The notes below the pieces were generated by a model. That model searched no databases and had not been told where the DNA came from. It saw nothing but the letters and a program-made list of their open reading frames with translations. Position numbers and translations under genes: made by a program. This document shows, piece by piece, positions 21,850-31,806 of a stretch of 64,000 nt of DNA (position 1 is the stretch's first letter; each line of letters begins with the position of its first letter). The DNA is taken from positions 672,001 through 736,000 of the forward strand of contig CAWJSJ010000005.1 of the NCBI GenBank assembly GCA_963845565.1, written 5' to 3'. This DNA is from an uncultured Methylomirabilota bacterium (GTDB taxonomy: Bacteria; Methylomirabilota; Methylomirabilia; Methylomirabilales; 2-02-FULL-66-22).

Positions 21850-23137
21850 ATGAAACGACGCAGAATCGTTCGCGTGCTGAGCATTCTGCTGGCCGTGGCC
21901 GTGCTCGTCCACGGCTTCGCCCCGGCGGCGTGGGCCGGCGGCCTCTGGATGTACGAGCGCGGCACGCCCGAAGTCGGCACGGCGAACGCCGGCGTCGCGG
22001 CCCGCGCCGAGGACGCCTCCATCGCGGCCAGCAACCCCGCCGGCATGTCGCGATTGGACAAGGCGGAGATCATGCTCGGACTCCAGCCGGTCATCACCGA
22101 CGTGAAATTCGCGCCGGGCCCCGGGACGACGACGACCGGGCCGACCGGTGACGGCAGTGTGGTGCTCCCGGTAACGGGCTTCTACTACGTGCAGCCGCTG
22201 GGAAAGGACTGGCGGGTCGGGCTCTCGTTGGGTAGCTACATGGGCCTGGGGGTGAAATACGAGGACGACTGGGTCGGCCGCTACTACGTGCAGGAGAGTG
22301 CCCTCATCACTTTGGACGTCGCGCCGACCATCTCGTATCGCGTGAACGACTGGTTGTCGATCGGGGCCGGGCCGGTGTTCCAGTACGCCTACCTGAAGAC
22401 CACGGCGGCGGTCAACAACGTCGTGCCGCTGGGTGTGCCGGACGGCCAACTGGAGTACAAGGCGGACTCGTTCGGGTTCGGCGGCGCGGGAGGGATTCTG
22501 GTGGAGCCGTGGAAGGGGACGCGCTTCGGGCTCACCTACATGTCGCCCATTAAGCAAGAGTTCAAGGACGCGCCAGCCTTTTCGAACCTCGGCCCCATTA
22601 ATGCCAACCTGGCCGCTCGGCTGGGCGAGGTGAAGATCAAGATGACCATGCCCCAGTCCGTCATGTTCAGCGCCTTTTCTCAGGTCACCGAGAACTGGGC
22701 GGTGATGGGCAACCTGGGGTGGCAGAACTGGTCCCAGTTCGGCTTCACGCCGATCAGCCATCAGCAACACCGCGGGCGCGCACGGTGAGCGCGACCAAGG
22801 ATGCGCAGTTTGACGACACCTTCCACGTCGCCGTGGGGGCGCATTACCGCTTTCACCCACAGTGGCGCGTGACCGCCGGATTCGCGTATGATAGCTCGCC
22901 GGTCTCGCGACGCGAACCGGACGGTGGCGATCCCCCTGGATCGGCACCCTCCGGTATTCGGCAGGGCTGATTTACGAGTTGAACGAGCGGATCACCGCTG
23001 GGCTTGGCCTACACGTTCATCGATGCGGGCAGCGCCAGCGTCAACGAGACACGCGGCCGCTGTCCGGGACGGTCCAAGGCGACTATCTCGTCGAACTACA
23101 TCAACGTGATCGCGTTGAACGTGCGGCGCGCTTCTGA
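21850..23137 (+). CDS. FadL/OmpP1/TodX-family outer-membrane transporter (3' frameshifts)
   Basis: GLWMYERGT...ANAGVAARAEDASIAASNPAGMSRL; GFAYDSSPV. Confidence 0.88.
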
Positions 23138-23207
23138 GCGTCGCCGGCCGATCGCGGCCGCGGAGGGGCTGACGTCTGCGGGGTGGGCCACGGGGGTCGC
23201 CGCCGGC

Positions 23208-25782
23208 ATGTCTTCAGGGGCGCGTGTCGGATGTGCGCGTGCCTGTCGTGGCGCCAGGGGCTGTGGAGCGTTGCGGTGTGCGGACACTGCCGCGGACCTG
23301 TTCATGGTACATCGGCACCCGGCGGGTCGGCCGCTCGAGCGGCGCCGGCTGAGACGCCGGCGCCGCATACCTGCGCACGCCGCCCCCGGTCACCGAGATC
23401 TGCTGCTGCCGAGGCGGCGGCACGACGCCGGACGTGTTCTCCGTCGCCGTCTCGACATCGCAGCCGAGCAATCGGCCGTCGGAGGTCTGACGCTGATCCA
23501 GCGGGCAGCTCTCCCGACAGGCCATCGAGCAGCTTCTCGAGATCGGACGGGCGCATCGACTGGCCGACATCCTGCAGGGGCAGCCATCCCTGGGCGATGA
23601 TCGCCGCGCAGCAGGAACTGTGGAAGGAGAGACAGGTCCGCACGACCAGGTGGCTGACCTCCTCACCCAGCGGGCCACGCACCTGCAAGAGACGCTGAAC
23701 CGGCTGGCGGATCTGCAGACGACGTGGCGCCAGACAGAGGCGGCCGCGCGCGCCGCGAACGCGCCGGTGGAGATCCTCCAGCAGATCGGCGTGGTGCTGG
23801 CAGGCGCTGCGCAGCACCGAGGCGCCCTTCCACGCCCAGCGCGCCACGGCGCTCGGCCTCCAGAGCCGTGTGGCGCAGGAAGTGGCGCGGTGCGGGACCG
23901 CGCTGGCGTTGTACGCGCAGGCCCAACAGCGGGCGATGAGCGGGATCCTGACGCGGGACAGCCTGCCGATCTGGAGTGCCGAGCAGTGGACGCAGGCACG
24001 CACCACGCTGCCTGCCCTCGTCCGCCAGGTCAACGCCAGCCTCCGGAACGAGCTGGTCCAGTACGTCCGGGATTCCTCCGGGGGACTGCCGTTGTACGTC
24101 TTGGCCTTCGTGGTGCTGGCGGTGGCGATGTGCATGGTGCGTCGGCGGGTTCGCCAATGGACCGTGGCGGGCGAGGATGTCCCGCCGGCCACCACGGTGT
24201 TCAGCGCCCCTTTGCCGCGGCGCTGATGTTCCCCTTGTATTACATCTCCTCGCCCTATTCGGCGATCCCCGCCTCGCTGCGGCAACTGTGCGAGGTCCTC
24301 GCTCTCGCGCCGGGCATCCGCGTGGCGCTGCCGGCGGTGGATCGACGGGTGGCCTCGGGACTCTACACGCTGACGGCCCTGTTCGCCCTCGATGCCGTCC
24401 GGCAATCCTACGCCGGTTCCCTGGGACTCGAGCAAGCCCTTCTGGCGCTGGAGATCTTCGCGGGGATGGCGGTGCTGGGGTACTCGCTGGCCTTCGGGGA
24501 TCTCCATCGAACCTCCGCGGACCCATGGGTGCTGGAGCGGCGCGCCCTCCGGGTGGGCGCCGGCATCGTCCTTATCGTCCTGGTCGTCGGGCTGGCGGCG
24601 GGGCTCCTGGGTTACATGCGGCTGGCGCGCCTGCTCGCGTCCATCGTGCTCGGCAGCGGCGCGCTGGCGGTGATGTTGTACGCCAGTTTCCGCGTCCTGG
24701 TCGGGGTGGTCGCCTTTGCCCTCCGCGTCTCACCGTTTCGGCGCCTCCAGATGGTTCACCATCATCGGGACCTCTTGGAACGCCGGATCCATGCCGCGCT
24801 CCGCTGGCTCGTGATCGCCGGGTGGACGTTCCGCGTACTGGACTTCGTCGGCGTCTTCCAGCCGGCGCTCGCCTTCGGATCCGCGGTGCTGTCTGCCAGG
24901 CTGCAACGGGGTTCGATGAGCATTTCCTTGGGCGACGTTCTCGACTTCGTCCTGACGGTGTGGGTGGCGTACCTGGTGTCCGCCTTCATCCGGTTCGCGC
25001 TGGAAGAGGATGTGTATCCGCGCATCCATCTGCCGCGCGGCATCTCGTACGCTGTGTCGAGCCTCCTGAATTACGTCATCGTCGCCGTCGGATTCGTCCT
25101 GGCCTTGGGGGCGCTGGGGGTGGACCTCGGCAAGTTGACCATCCTGGCCGGGGCGTTCGGCGTCGGCATCGGCTTCGGGTTGCAGAGCGTGGTGAACAAC
25201 TTCGTCTCCGGGCTGATCCTGCTCTTCGAGCGGCCGATTCACGTGGGCGATGCCGTCGAGGTCGGCGATCTGTCGGGACAGGTGCGCCGGATCGGGATCC
25301 GCGCCAGTCTGGTGCGCACCTGGCAAGGGGCCGACATGATCGTCCCCAACGCCCAGCTCATCACGGAGCGATTGATCAACTGGACGCTCAGCGATCGTCT
25401 GCGGCGCATCGACTTGCCCGTGGGCGTAAATTACGGCGCCCATCCCCGGAACGTCATCGCGACACTGGAGGCGGTGGCACAGGCGCACCCGCATGTGTTG
25501 CGGCAGCCGGCGCCCCGGGCCTTCTTCACCAGCTTCGGCGACAGCGCGGTCAATTTCGAGCTTCGGGCCTGGACGGATCATTTCGAGCAGTGGTTTCAGA
25601 TCCGGAGCGAGCTGGCCATAGCCGTGTACGACGCGAGCCATGCGGCGGGAATGTCGTTTCCCCTTCCCCAGCGCGAGGTGCGGCTTATCCGCGATGGTCC
25701 GGTCGAGTTAGCGGCGACGCCCCCGGTGTCCCAGCCTGCACCGGGGCGGTCCGGAGGAAGCATCGAGCCCGGAACCGGCTAG
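23208..25782 (+). CDS. Large MscS/MscK-like mechanosensitive channel (N-terminal frameshifts, start uncertain)
   Basis: GAFGVGIGFGLQSVVNNFVSGLILLFERPIHVGD, IVPNAQLI, FGDSAVNFEL. Confidence 0.88.
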
Positions 25783-25949
25783 CCGGGTGGGACCGGCCGA
25801 CCGAGTGCCGGCGATCGAGGAAGATTCCGCCGGTCGGCCGGGTCTTTATGGCAGCGGTCAGGCGACTGGGGTGAGGCGACGAGGCGCATCGGGGTCGAGC
25901 GGTCGGTGGTTGATCGCAAACACTTGACGTCAATCGGAGGAGAGATGGC

Positions 25950-26777
25950 ATGCGAACAGTGAGAGGTCTTGTGGTCTGCTTGGTAGCTGTCGTATTCGCG
26001 GGTGGCTTCCTTGGCGCGGCACTTGCCGCCGACGCCGCGCGCGTGGCGCCCGTGATGGATCGGATTCTGGCCAAGAAAGAGCTGGTGGTCGGGACGGCGG
26101 CCGACATGCCGCCACTGAACATGACGCTGAAGGATGGGAAGATTGTCGGCATGGAGATGGACATCGCCACCCAGATGGCAAGCAGTATCGAGGTGAAACT
26201 CACCCTGAAGCCCATGCGCTTCAGCGACCTCCTGCCCGCGCTGGAGGCCGGCCAGATAGATCTGATCCTGTCCGGGATGACGATGACCCCGCTCCGGAAC
26301 ACGAAGGTGGCGTTCGCGGGGCCATACTTCGGCTCCGGGAAGTCTGTCCTGATCAAGCAGGAGAACGTGGCGTCGCTGCAGAGCACGCAGATGATGAACA
26401 ACGCCGACGTGACGCTGGCGACCCTCAAGGGCTCGACCAGCCAGACGTTTGTCGAGCGCGTTGCCCCGAAGGCGAAGCTGGTCTTGACGGACGATTACGA
26501 CCAGGCGGTTGCGATGGTCCTGGACGGCAAGGTGCGGGCCATGGTCGCGGATTACACCATCTGCAACGTGTCGGTCTTGCGGTATCGAGACAAGGGGCTC
26601 ACCACCTTGAAGAGTCCGCTGAACTATGAGCCGATCGGGATCGCGCTGCCCGCAAACGATCCGCTGCTCCTGAACTGGGCTCAGAACTTCGTGAGTTTCT
26701 TGGTGAACAGCGGCGAGCTTGTGCTGCTTCAGCAGAAGTGGTTCGACGACCCGTCCTGGCTGCCACAGCTCAAGTAA
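25950..26777 (+). CDS. Amino-acid-type ABC substrate-binding protein (SBP family 3)
   Basis: LVVGTAADMPP, GMEMDIA, DLILSGMTMTPLR. Confidence 0.9.
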   Translation: MRTVRGLVVCLVAVVFAGGFLGAALAADAARVAPVMDRILAKKELVVGTAADMPPLNMTLKDGKIVGMEMDIATQMASSIEVKLTLKPMRFSDLLPALEAGQIDLILSGMTMTPLRNTKVAFAGPYFGSGKSVLIKQENVASLQSTQMMNNADVTLATLKGSTSQTFVERVAPKAKLVLTDDYDQAVAMVLDGKVRAMVADYTICNVSVLRYRDKGLTTLKSPLNYEPIGIALPANDPLLLNWAQNFVSFLVNSGELVLLQQKWFDDPSWLPQLK

Positions 26778-26813
26778 TCGCAGCGACCCGCGCTCGCGGG
26801 GCACTCGACTGAT

Positions 26814-26869
26814 GGGTGATTCGGCGACCGGGCAACTTGGCAATTTGGCGCCCGGGCGCCTCGGCAATG
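26814..26869 (+). repeat. 8-nt periodic array (NGGCAATT family)
   Basis: GGGTGATT CGGCGACC GGGCAACT TGGCAATT TGGCGCCC GGGCGCCT CGGCAATG. Confidence 0.75.
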
Positions 26870-27205
26870 CGGCGGCGATCTGCCTCGCGGCACGCGTGGC
26901 GGCTGCCGACCCCTCGGCGGACTGCCGGAACCTCGCATCGTGGTTCGGGTCGAGGCCGGAGACGCTCGACGTGCAATCCCTGGCGGCGCTGAGCACCTGC
27001 GTGACAGGGGAAATCCAAGTGCGCGCGGCATCCCCCGGGCAGGGGCCCGCTGCCGACCCGCAGACCAACGATTCGTCCTCGGGGGGGCAATCCTCGCCGC
27101 AAACTGAGGGGACGTGGGGAACGTGGCCAACGACTCCGGCGTGGAAGGATCAGGCGATTGACTCGAAACCGTGGGACAGTTGGGGAAAATAGAAGGAATC
27201 TTGCG

Positions 27206-28438
27206 ATGACGCGATGGCTGCGGTTGTGTGTGTATGCATTCGGCATGAGCGGCGTGTTGCTTCCGGGGTTCGCCGCGGCGGGGCAGCGGGTTCTCGACGA
27301 ACGAAACGCCGAACGGGTGGAGGCCATGATTCTCCGCGTCAGACCGGGCGTGGTGGGCATCCTCACGGATGTCCGGGCCGAGGTGACGATCCGCTGCGGC
27401 AAGAATGACACCTATGTCGTCACGCCGGACCCGGACACCGAGAATGGCACCGGCTTCATCATCCACCCCGATGGTTGGATCGCCACCAACGGCCACGTGG
27501 TGAAGCCGGTGTACAAGGACGATGCGGAGCACGTTGCGAATTTCCTGCAGCAGGCGGCCGAGACGGCCTGTGGTCCGCGGTTGGCCAAGCTGCCGGCAGC
27601 GCAGCGGAAGGCCCGGATGGCGAAGATCGTGCAGGACCCCCAGAATCGCCAAGGGGTCAAGCTGACCAAGCGGCTCGAGGTGTTCTTCTCGAAGCGGGTG
27701 GCAGCCGGGACGCGGTTCCCCCCGGGCGTCCCCGCCGTGGTCAAGGCCTACAGCCCGCCGATCGATCCTGACTCCCTGCCCAAGGGGGGCGGGGTTCCGG
27801 CGAAAGAGAAGCAGATGCTGGACGCCGCCATCATCAAGATCGAGATGACCGATCTTCCCACGGTCGACTTGGCGGGGCGCACCACGCACCTCCACCTCGG
27901 CGAGGACCTCTTCATCATCGGGTTCCCCGGGGCGGTCCTCTGGCACGACTTCCTCAGCACCGAGAGCCGAGCCGCCTCCTCGATCACCTTTGGACATGTC
28001 TCCGCGTTCAAGCTGGACGTCAACGAGCGCTGGGTCATCCAGACCGATGCCTCGATCTCCTGGGGCAACAGCGGGGGGCCGGCGTTCAATCGGAGCGGGG
28101 ACGTGGTCGGCGCGGCCACGTTCATCACCACGTCGCTGGAGGGCGACCAGGCGATCCAGGGGTTCAACTTCCTGATTCCGGTGCAGACCATCCAGCAGAT
28201 GGCCAGGGACATCGGCCTGACGCCGAAGGCCGACGACGCGTTCATGGATGAATGGGAGCGGGCGATCACGGCGTATTTCGAGGGGAAGCATGGCGAGGCG
28301 TTGGGGTACGTGGAGGGCGCCGAAAAACTCTTTCCTGGCCTCTGGGACGTCCAGCGGCTGCGGGTCCTCCTCAAGGACATATTGGCGCTCAAGCAAGAGA
28401 TCACGCCAACCCGAGAGATATTGGAGTTCAAGAAATAG
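27206..28438 (+). CDS. Secreted trypsin-like (S1C) serine protease, no PDZ domain
   Basis: GTGFII, ATNGHVV, DAAIIKI, QTDASISWGNSGGP. Confidence 0.9.
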   Translation: MTRWLRLCVYAFGMSGVLLPGFAAAGQRVLDERNAERVEAMILRVRPGVVGILTDVRAEVTIRCGKNDTYVVTPDPDTENGTGFIIHPDGWIATNGHVVKPVYKDDAEHVANFLQQAAETACGPRLAKLPAAQRKARMAKIVQDPQNRQGVKLTKRLEVFFSKRVAAGTRFPPGVPAVVKAYSPPIDPDSLPKGGGVPAKEKQMLDAAIIKIEMTDLPTVDLAGRTTHLHLGEDLFIIGFPGAVLWHDFLSTESRAASSITFGHVSAFKLDVNERWVIQTDASISWGNSGGPAFNRSGDVVGAATFITTSLEGDQAIQGFNFLIPVQTIQQMARDIGLTPKADDAFMDEWERAITAYFEGKHGEALGYVEGAEKLFPGLWDVQRLRVLLKDILALKQEITPTREILEFKK

Positions 28439-28669
28439 ATCGCGCGCGGGTATCGGGCTGTGGGGCTCGAAGGCCACGAAGATCGAAAAGCGACCCCGGC
28501 GCGAGGCGGGCTGTTGGGAAAACCTCGCCAGCGTCGTGGACAAACGGGCGTGGACAAACGGGCGTTGATGAACGGCCGTTACCAGAGTAACATCAATGAC
28601 TGTGATTTGGTGGGGCGGCCGGCGTCCGCCGCACCTGGGATGACGGAGACACTCTTGGAGGAAAAGCCG

Positions 28670-29185
28670 ATGCGAATGTGGAAAGGTTGTGGACTCGTCG
28701 CGGTCGGGGTGCTGTGGCTGGGTCTCACGGGTGGGGTTGCGCTTGCGCAGCAGCCGGCGGCACCCGCACCGGATCCGGCCAAGGCAGAGGCCATGGAGGA
28801 GATCCAGTTCACGCGGGCGGAGCTTGCCAGCGCCCGGCAAGCCCTCGTCACCCAGGCAATGGACCTCACCCCCGAAGAGATGCAGGGGTTCTGGCCGCTC
28901 TACCGGGACTACCGGCGCGAGGCCACCAAGGTGGGCGACCGTATCGTCGCTCTCATCGCCGCCTACGCCGACCATTACGACAATCTTACGGACCCGGCGG
29001 CGGACAAGTTGCTCGCGGAGTTTGTGGGTATCGAAAAAGCCCGAGCGAGCCTCAAGGCGAAATACCTCCCCAAGTTCAAGAAGGTGCTCCCCGCCAGAAA
29101 GGTGGCGCGCTTCTATCAACTCGAGAACAAGCTGGACGTTCTGATCTTCGCCGAGATGGCCGAGCAGATTCCGCTGGCCCGGTAG
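28670..29185 (+). CDS. Helical periplasmic protein (Spy/CpxP-like possible)
   Basis: Signal peptide; MDLTPEE..GFWPLYRDY; RFYQLENKLD. Confidence 0.75.
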   Translation: MRMWKGCGLVAVGVLWLGLTGGVALAQQPAAPAPDPAKAEAMEEIQFTRAELASARQALVTQAMDLTPEEMQGFWPLYRDYRREATKVGDRIVALIAAYADHYDNLTDPAADKLLAEFVGIEKARASLKAKYLPKFKKVLPARKVARFYQLENKLDVLIFAEMAEQIPLAR

Positions 29186-29190
29186 GGCGG

Positions 29191-29295
29191 CAGATTGCAG
29201 ATTGACGATTGTCGATTGACGATTGACGATTGCGGAGTGGGGCCAGGGGTTAACCGCGAACCGACAACCGACAACCGCGAACCGAGAACGGAAAA
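29191..29295. repeat. Heptamer arrays GATTGAC and AACCGAC
   Basis: GATTGCA GATTGAC GATTGTC GATTGAC GATTGAC GATTGCG; AACCGCG AACCGAC AACCGAC AACCGCG AACCGAG. Confidence 0.8.
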
Positions 29296-29361
29296 CACCA
29301 CCGCGGCCTGTGGGATGGGCCGCGAAGAATGGCATGATGCCGCAGATCTCTTTATCACCCA

Positions 29362-29503
29362 GGCCGGTCAAAAAGGCCCAGATGCCAGGCGGCGCGCCGG
29401 GTACCCATCCGGAGGATGGGTGCAGGTGCGAGGCGTACTTGGTATGTACGCCGCAGCGCCGCGCGAGCGCGCCAACGCCGCAGATGGGCGTTTTTCAGCA
29501 GCC
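29362..29503. mobile_element. MITE-like element of about 142 bp with imperfect 24-bp terminal inverted repeats
   Basis: GGCCGGTCAAAAAGGCCCAGATGC ... GCAGATGGGCGTTTTTCAGCAGCC; internal hairpins ACCCATCC/GGATGGGT and GGCGTAC/GTACGCC. Confidence 0.65.
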
Positions 29504-29522
29504 GGTTAAAGGAGGATTGGGC

Positions 29523-29993
29523 ATGTCGAAGGCGTGGATGATGGCGGTGATCGTTGGTCTCGGGCTGGTCATCGGCGGCGGGCCTGCCTGGGCCGAGGTG
29601 ATCGCCTACCCCAAGAAGGGGCAGAGCCAGGAGCAGTTCGAAAAGGACCAGTTCGACTGCCACAAGTGGGCCAAGGGCCAGACAGGTGTGGACCCGACCC
29701 AGCCGCAGCAAAGTGCGGCCGCCCCTCCCCCGCAGCAAGGGGGGGCCGTCCGTGGGGCGGCGCGCGGCGCCGCCGTGGGAGCCGTCGGGGGTGCCATCGC
29801 CGGGGATGCCGGCAAGGGCGCGGCGATCGGGGCCGGCGTGGGGGCTGTGGGGGGGCGCATGCGCCAGAACCAGCAGAATCAGCAGGCCGGCCAGGCCCAG
29901 CAGCAGGCCCAGGCGCAACAGCAGGCGGCCCGGGGCCAGTACGACAAGGCCTATGCCGTGTGCCTGGAGGGGAAAGGGTACGCGGTGAAGTAG
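29523..29993 (+). CDS. Glycine-zipper-containing secreted protein
   Basis: YPKKGQSQEQ..KDQFDC, GAARGAAVGAVGGAIAGDAGKGAAIGAG, CLEGKGY. Confidence 0.85.
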   Translation: MSKAWMMAVIVGLGLVIGGGPAWAEVIAYPKKGQSQEQFEKDQFDCHKWAKGQTGVDPTQPQQSAAAPPPQQGGAVRGAARGAAVGAVGGAIAGDAGKGAAIGAGVGAVGGRMRQNQQNQQAGQAQQQAQAQQQAARGQYDKAYAVCLEGKGYAVK

Positions 29994-30050
29994 AAGGGGT
30001 GGACGAACAGCGTCGGGTTTCGGACCCGACAAAGGAAAAAGGAGGGACTC

Positions 30051-30317
30051 GTGAAGAACGCACTGTTGGTCGCATTGCTCGCGGTACTCGTGGTGGCCGG
30101 GGCGGCCTGTTCCGCCCGGACCCAGCTGGCCATGGAAGAAACCAAGAAGAACGGCGCGCACTTCGCGACGTGGAACCACATGGGCTACTCGGTGAACCGG
30201 GGTACGCCCGAGTCGACCACGAAGCGGGACGTCGAGGTGTCCAAGGCCGACCAGTGCCTGCCGTCGCAGACCTGCGCCTGGTGGGGTGAGCCGGTGCGGG
30301 TGCAGCCGATCCAGTAA
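30051..30317 (+). CDS. Small hypothetical lipoprotein
   Basis: RBS AGGAGG; GAAC lipobox; HFATWNHMGYS...WWGEPV. Confidence 0.7.
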   Translation: MKNALLVALLAVLVVAGAACSARTQLAMEETKKNGAHFATWNHMGYSVNRGTPESTTKRDVEVSKADQCLPSQTCAWWGEPVRVQPIQ

Positions 30318-30538
30318 CGGCTGAGCACGCACGTCCTCGCGGCGTTCTCTGGCTAGCCCGGCGGACCCGGTGTGATATGGGCACCGATAAGCCGTCGAGG
30401 TTTCGCCCTGAATGCCCGGATCGTTAACTCACGTTATTCGTGAACACGACTCGCGAATCCTGTTTCGCGTTTGGTCATTGCTCATTCGACCCATGACATT
30501 CACGAATCCTTCGTGAATTTTGTGGGTCAGGTCCGTTA

Positions 30539-30586
30539 GGAGCCGTTACGAAATAACCTATACATCTTCTATTTCGTTACGGCTCC
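30539..30586. mobile_element. 48-bp inverted-repeat mini-element flanked by a TTA direct repeat
   Basis: tta-GGAGCCGTTACGAAATA ... TATTTCGTTACGGCTCC-tta. Confidence 0.65.
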
Positions 30587-30651
30587 TTATGCCGTTTCGG
30601 AATGTCTCCGCTCAACTAATTCTTTGACAATGGCTTAGAAGGAGGAGTCTG

Positions 30652-31272
30652 ATGCGAAAACATTTGAACATGCCGCTGTTCTTCGCAGTGGCGATCCTGA
30701 TCGGGTCGTTCGTCCTCGCCGGCTGCCCAAAGCGGCCTGAAGTGATCGTGGCGCCCCCGGCCCCCGTGGGCCCCGCCGCGGCAGTTGCCCCGGCCCCGCC
30801 GCCTCCCGCTCCAGCCCCAGCCCCCGCGCCGGCGCCCGCGCCGGTGGTCGTGACGCCCGTCGCGCCCCCACCCCCCGCCCCGGTAGAGGCCCCGGTGACC
30901 CCGCCTCCACCGCCCCCCGCCGCCGTTCCCGCGCCGTCCCCCCTCAAGGACGTCTTCTTTAACTTCGACAAGTCCAACATCCGCGACGACCAGAAGGCCG
31001 CTCTCAATGACAACGTGGGCTGGCTGAAGGGCAATACGGGCGCCAAGCTCCTCATCGAGGGCCATACCGACGAGCGCGGCACCGCCGAGTACAACCTCGC
31101 CCTGGGCGAGCGCCGCGCCAAGGCGGTGAAGGATTACCTGGTGGGCGCCGGCATCGCCGCCGATCGGATCTCGACCATCTCCTACGGCAAGGAGCGCCCC
31201 TTCGTCCTCGGCCACGACGAGAGCGCCTGGAAGTGGAATCGTCGGGCGCACTTCGTGCTCCAGGGGCGGTGA
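30652..31272 (+). CDS. pal: Peptidoglycan-associated lipoprotein with Pro/Ala-rich linker
   Basis: Lipobox LAGC; FFNFDKSNI, IEGHTDERGTAEYNLALGERRA, SYGKERP, NRRAHF. Confidence 0.92.
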   Translation: MRKHLNMPLFFAVAILIGSFVLAGCPKRPEVIVAPPAPVGPAAAVAPAPPPPAPAPAPAPAPAPVVVTPVAPPPPAPVEAPVTPPPPPPAAVPAPSPLKDVFFNFDKSNIRDDQKAALNDNVGWLKGNTGAKLLIEGHTDERGTAEYNLALGERRAKAVKDYLVGAGIAADRISTISYGKERPFVLGHDESAWKWNRRAHFVLQGR

Positions 31273-31434
31273 GGAGCGTCGGGCCGACCGCTGACGGGTA
31301 AAGCGATCGCTCTGGTCCGCGGTCGCCACGTCGCCTAGCCCCGGAGGATTCGCGAAGGAACGCGTGAATTCTCCGGGGCAAATGGCCAATGACCAATTGC
31401 CAAATCCCAATGACGGGGACATAGGAGACGGAGG

Positions 31435-31656
31435 ATGATCGGTTCTCTGAGTCGAAACCTCGTGCTGTTTGCGGTGTGTTGCTTCCTCCTGCTCGGCGCC
31501 GCGGCCTGCGGCGGCGGCGGGGCCGAGGTGCGGAGCGAGGTCACGACGACCACCACCGGACAGCAACTCATGGACCTCAAGAAAGCGCTGGATTCCGGCG
31601 CCATGACCCAGCAGGAGTACGAGAAAGAGCGCAAGAAGGTCCTGGAGCGGCAATAA
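31435..31656 (+). CDS. SHOCT-domain small lipoprotein
   Basis: TTGQQLMDLKKALDSGAMTQQEYEKERKKVL. Confidence 0.85.
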   Translation: MIGSLSRNLVLFAVCCFLLLGAAACGGGGAEVRSEVTTTTTGQQLMDLKKALDSGAMTQQEYEKERKKVLERQ

Positions 31657-31667
31657 GCCGTTGTCAG

Positions 31668-31718
31668 GGAGCCGTAACGAAATTAACAAAATCAGACCAG
31701 TGATTTCGTCGAGGCTCC
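31668..31718. mobile_element. Second copy of the GGAGCC...GGCTCC mini-element
   Basis: GGAGCCGTAACGAAATTA ... TGATTTCGTCGAGGCTCC. Confidence 0.6.
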
Positions 31719-31806
31719 TAATCTGCGGGGTCCCGCTCTGATGGGAAGCACCTTCTCCCTCGTGCATTGCCGTATGAGTCCGACGTCTTCCCCGGGCCGG
31801 TACCGG

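Noticed and set aside
5592..25782. Many frameshifts as programmed frameshifting or mass pseudogenisation
   Set aside because: They are scattered 1-bp indels, and I saw no accompanying in-frame stops in the conserved frames. The RND copy comparison shows one missing base in a C/G run. Long-read error is the simplest explanation.
25910..25936. TTGAT.../TTGACGTCAA as an FNR or CRP site
   Set aside because: Spacing does not fit TTGAT-N4-ATCAA.
26812..27192. Possible small protein ending GTWGTWP...KPWDSWGK
   Set aside because: Its start lies within an octamer repeat array and there is no clear RBS. It could be a remnant but cannot be supported.
26729..29371. Long minus-strand ORFs (880 aa here; similar ones at 14004, 33971, 38958, 42895, 44483)
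   Set aside because: Antisense shadows of real GC-rich genes, with no recognisable motifs.
30770..30940. C-rich low-complexity DNA as a repeat element
   Set aside because: It encodes the Pro/Ala linker of Pal.
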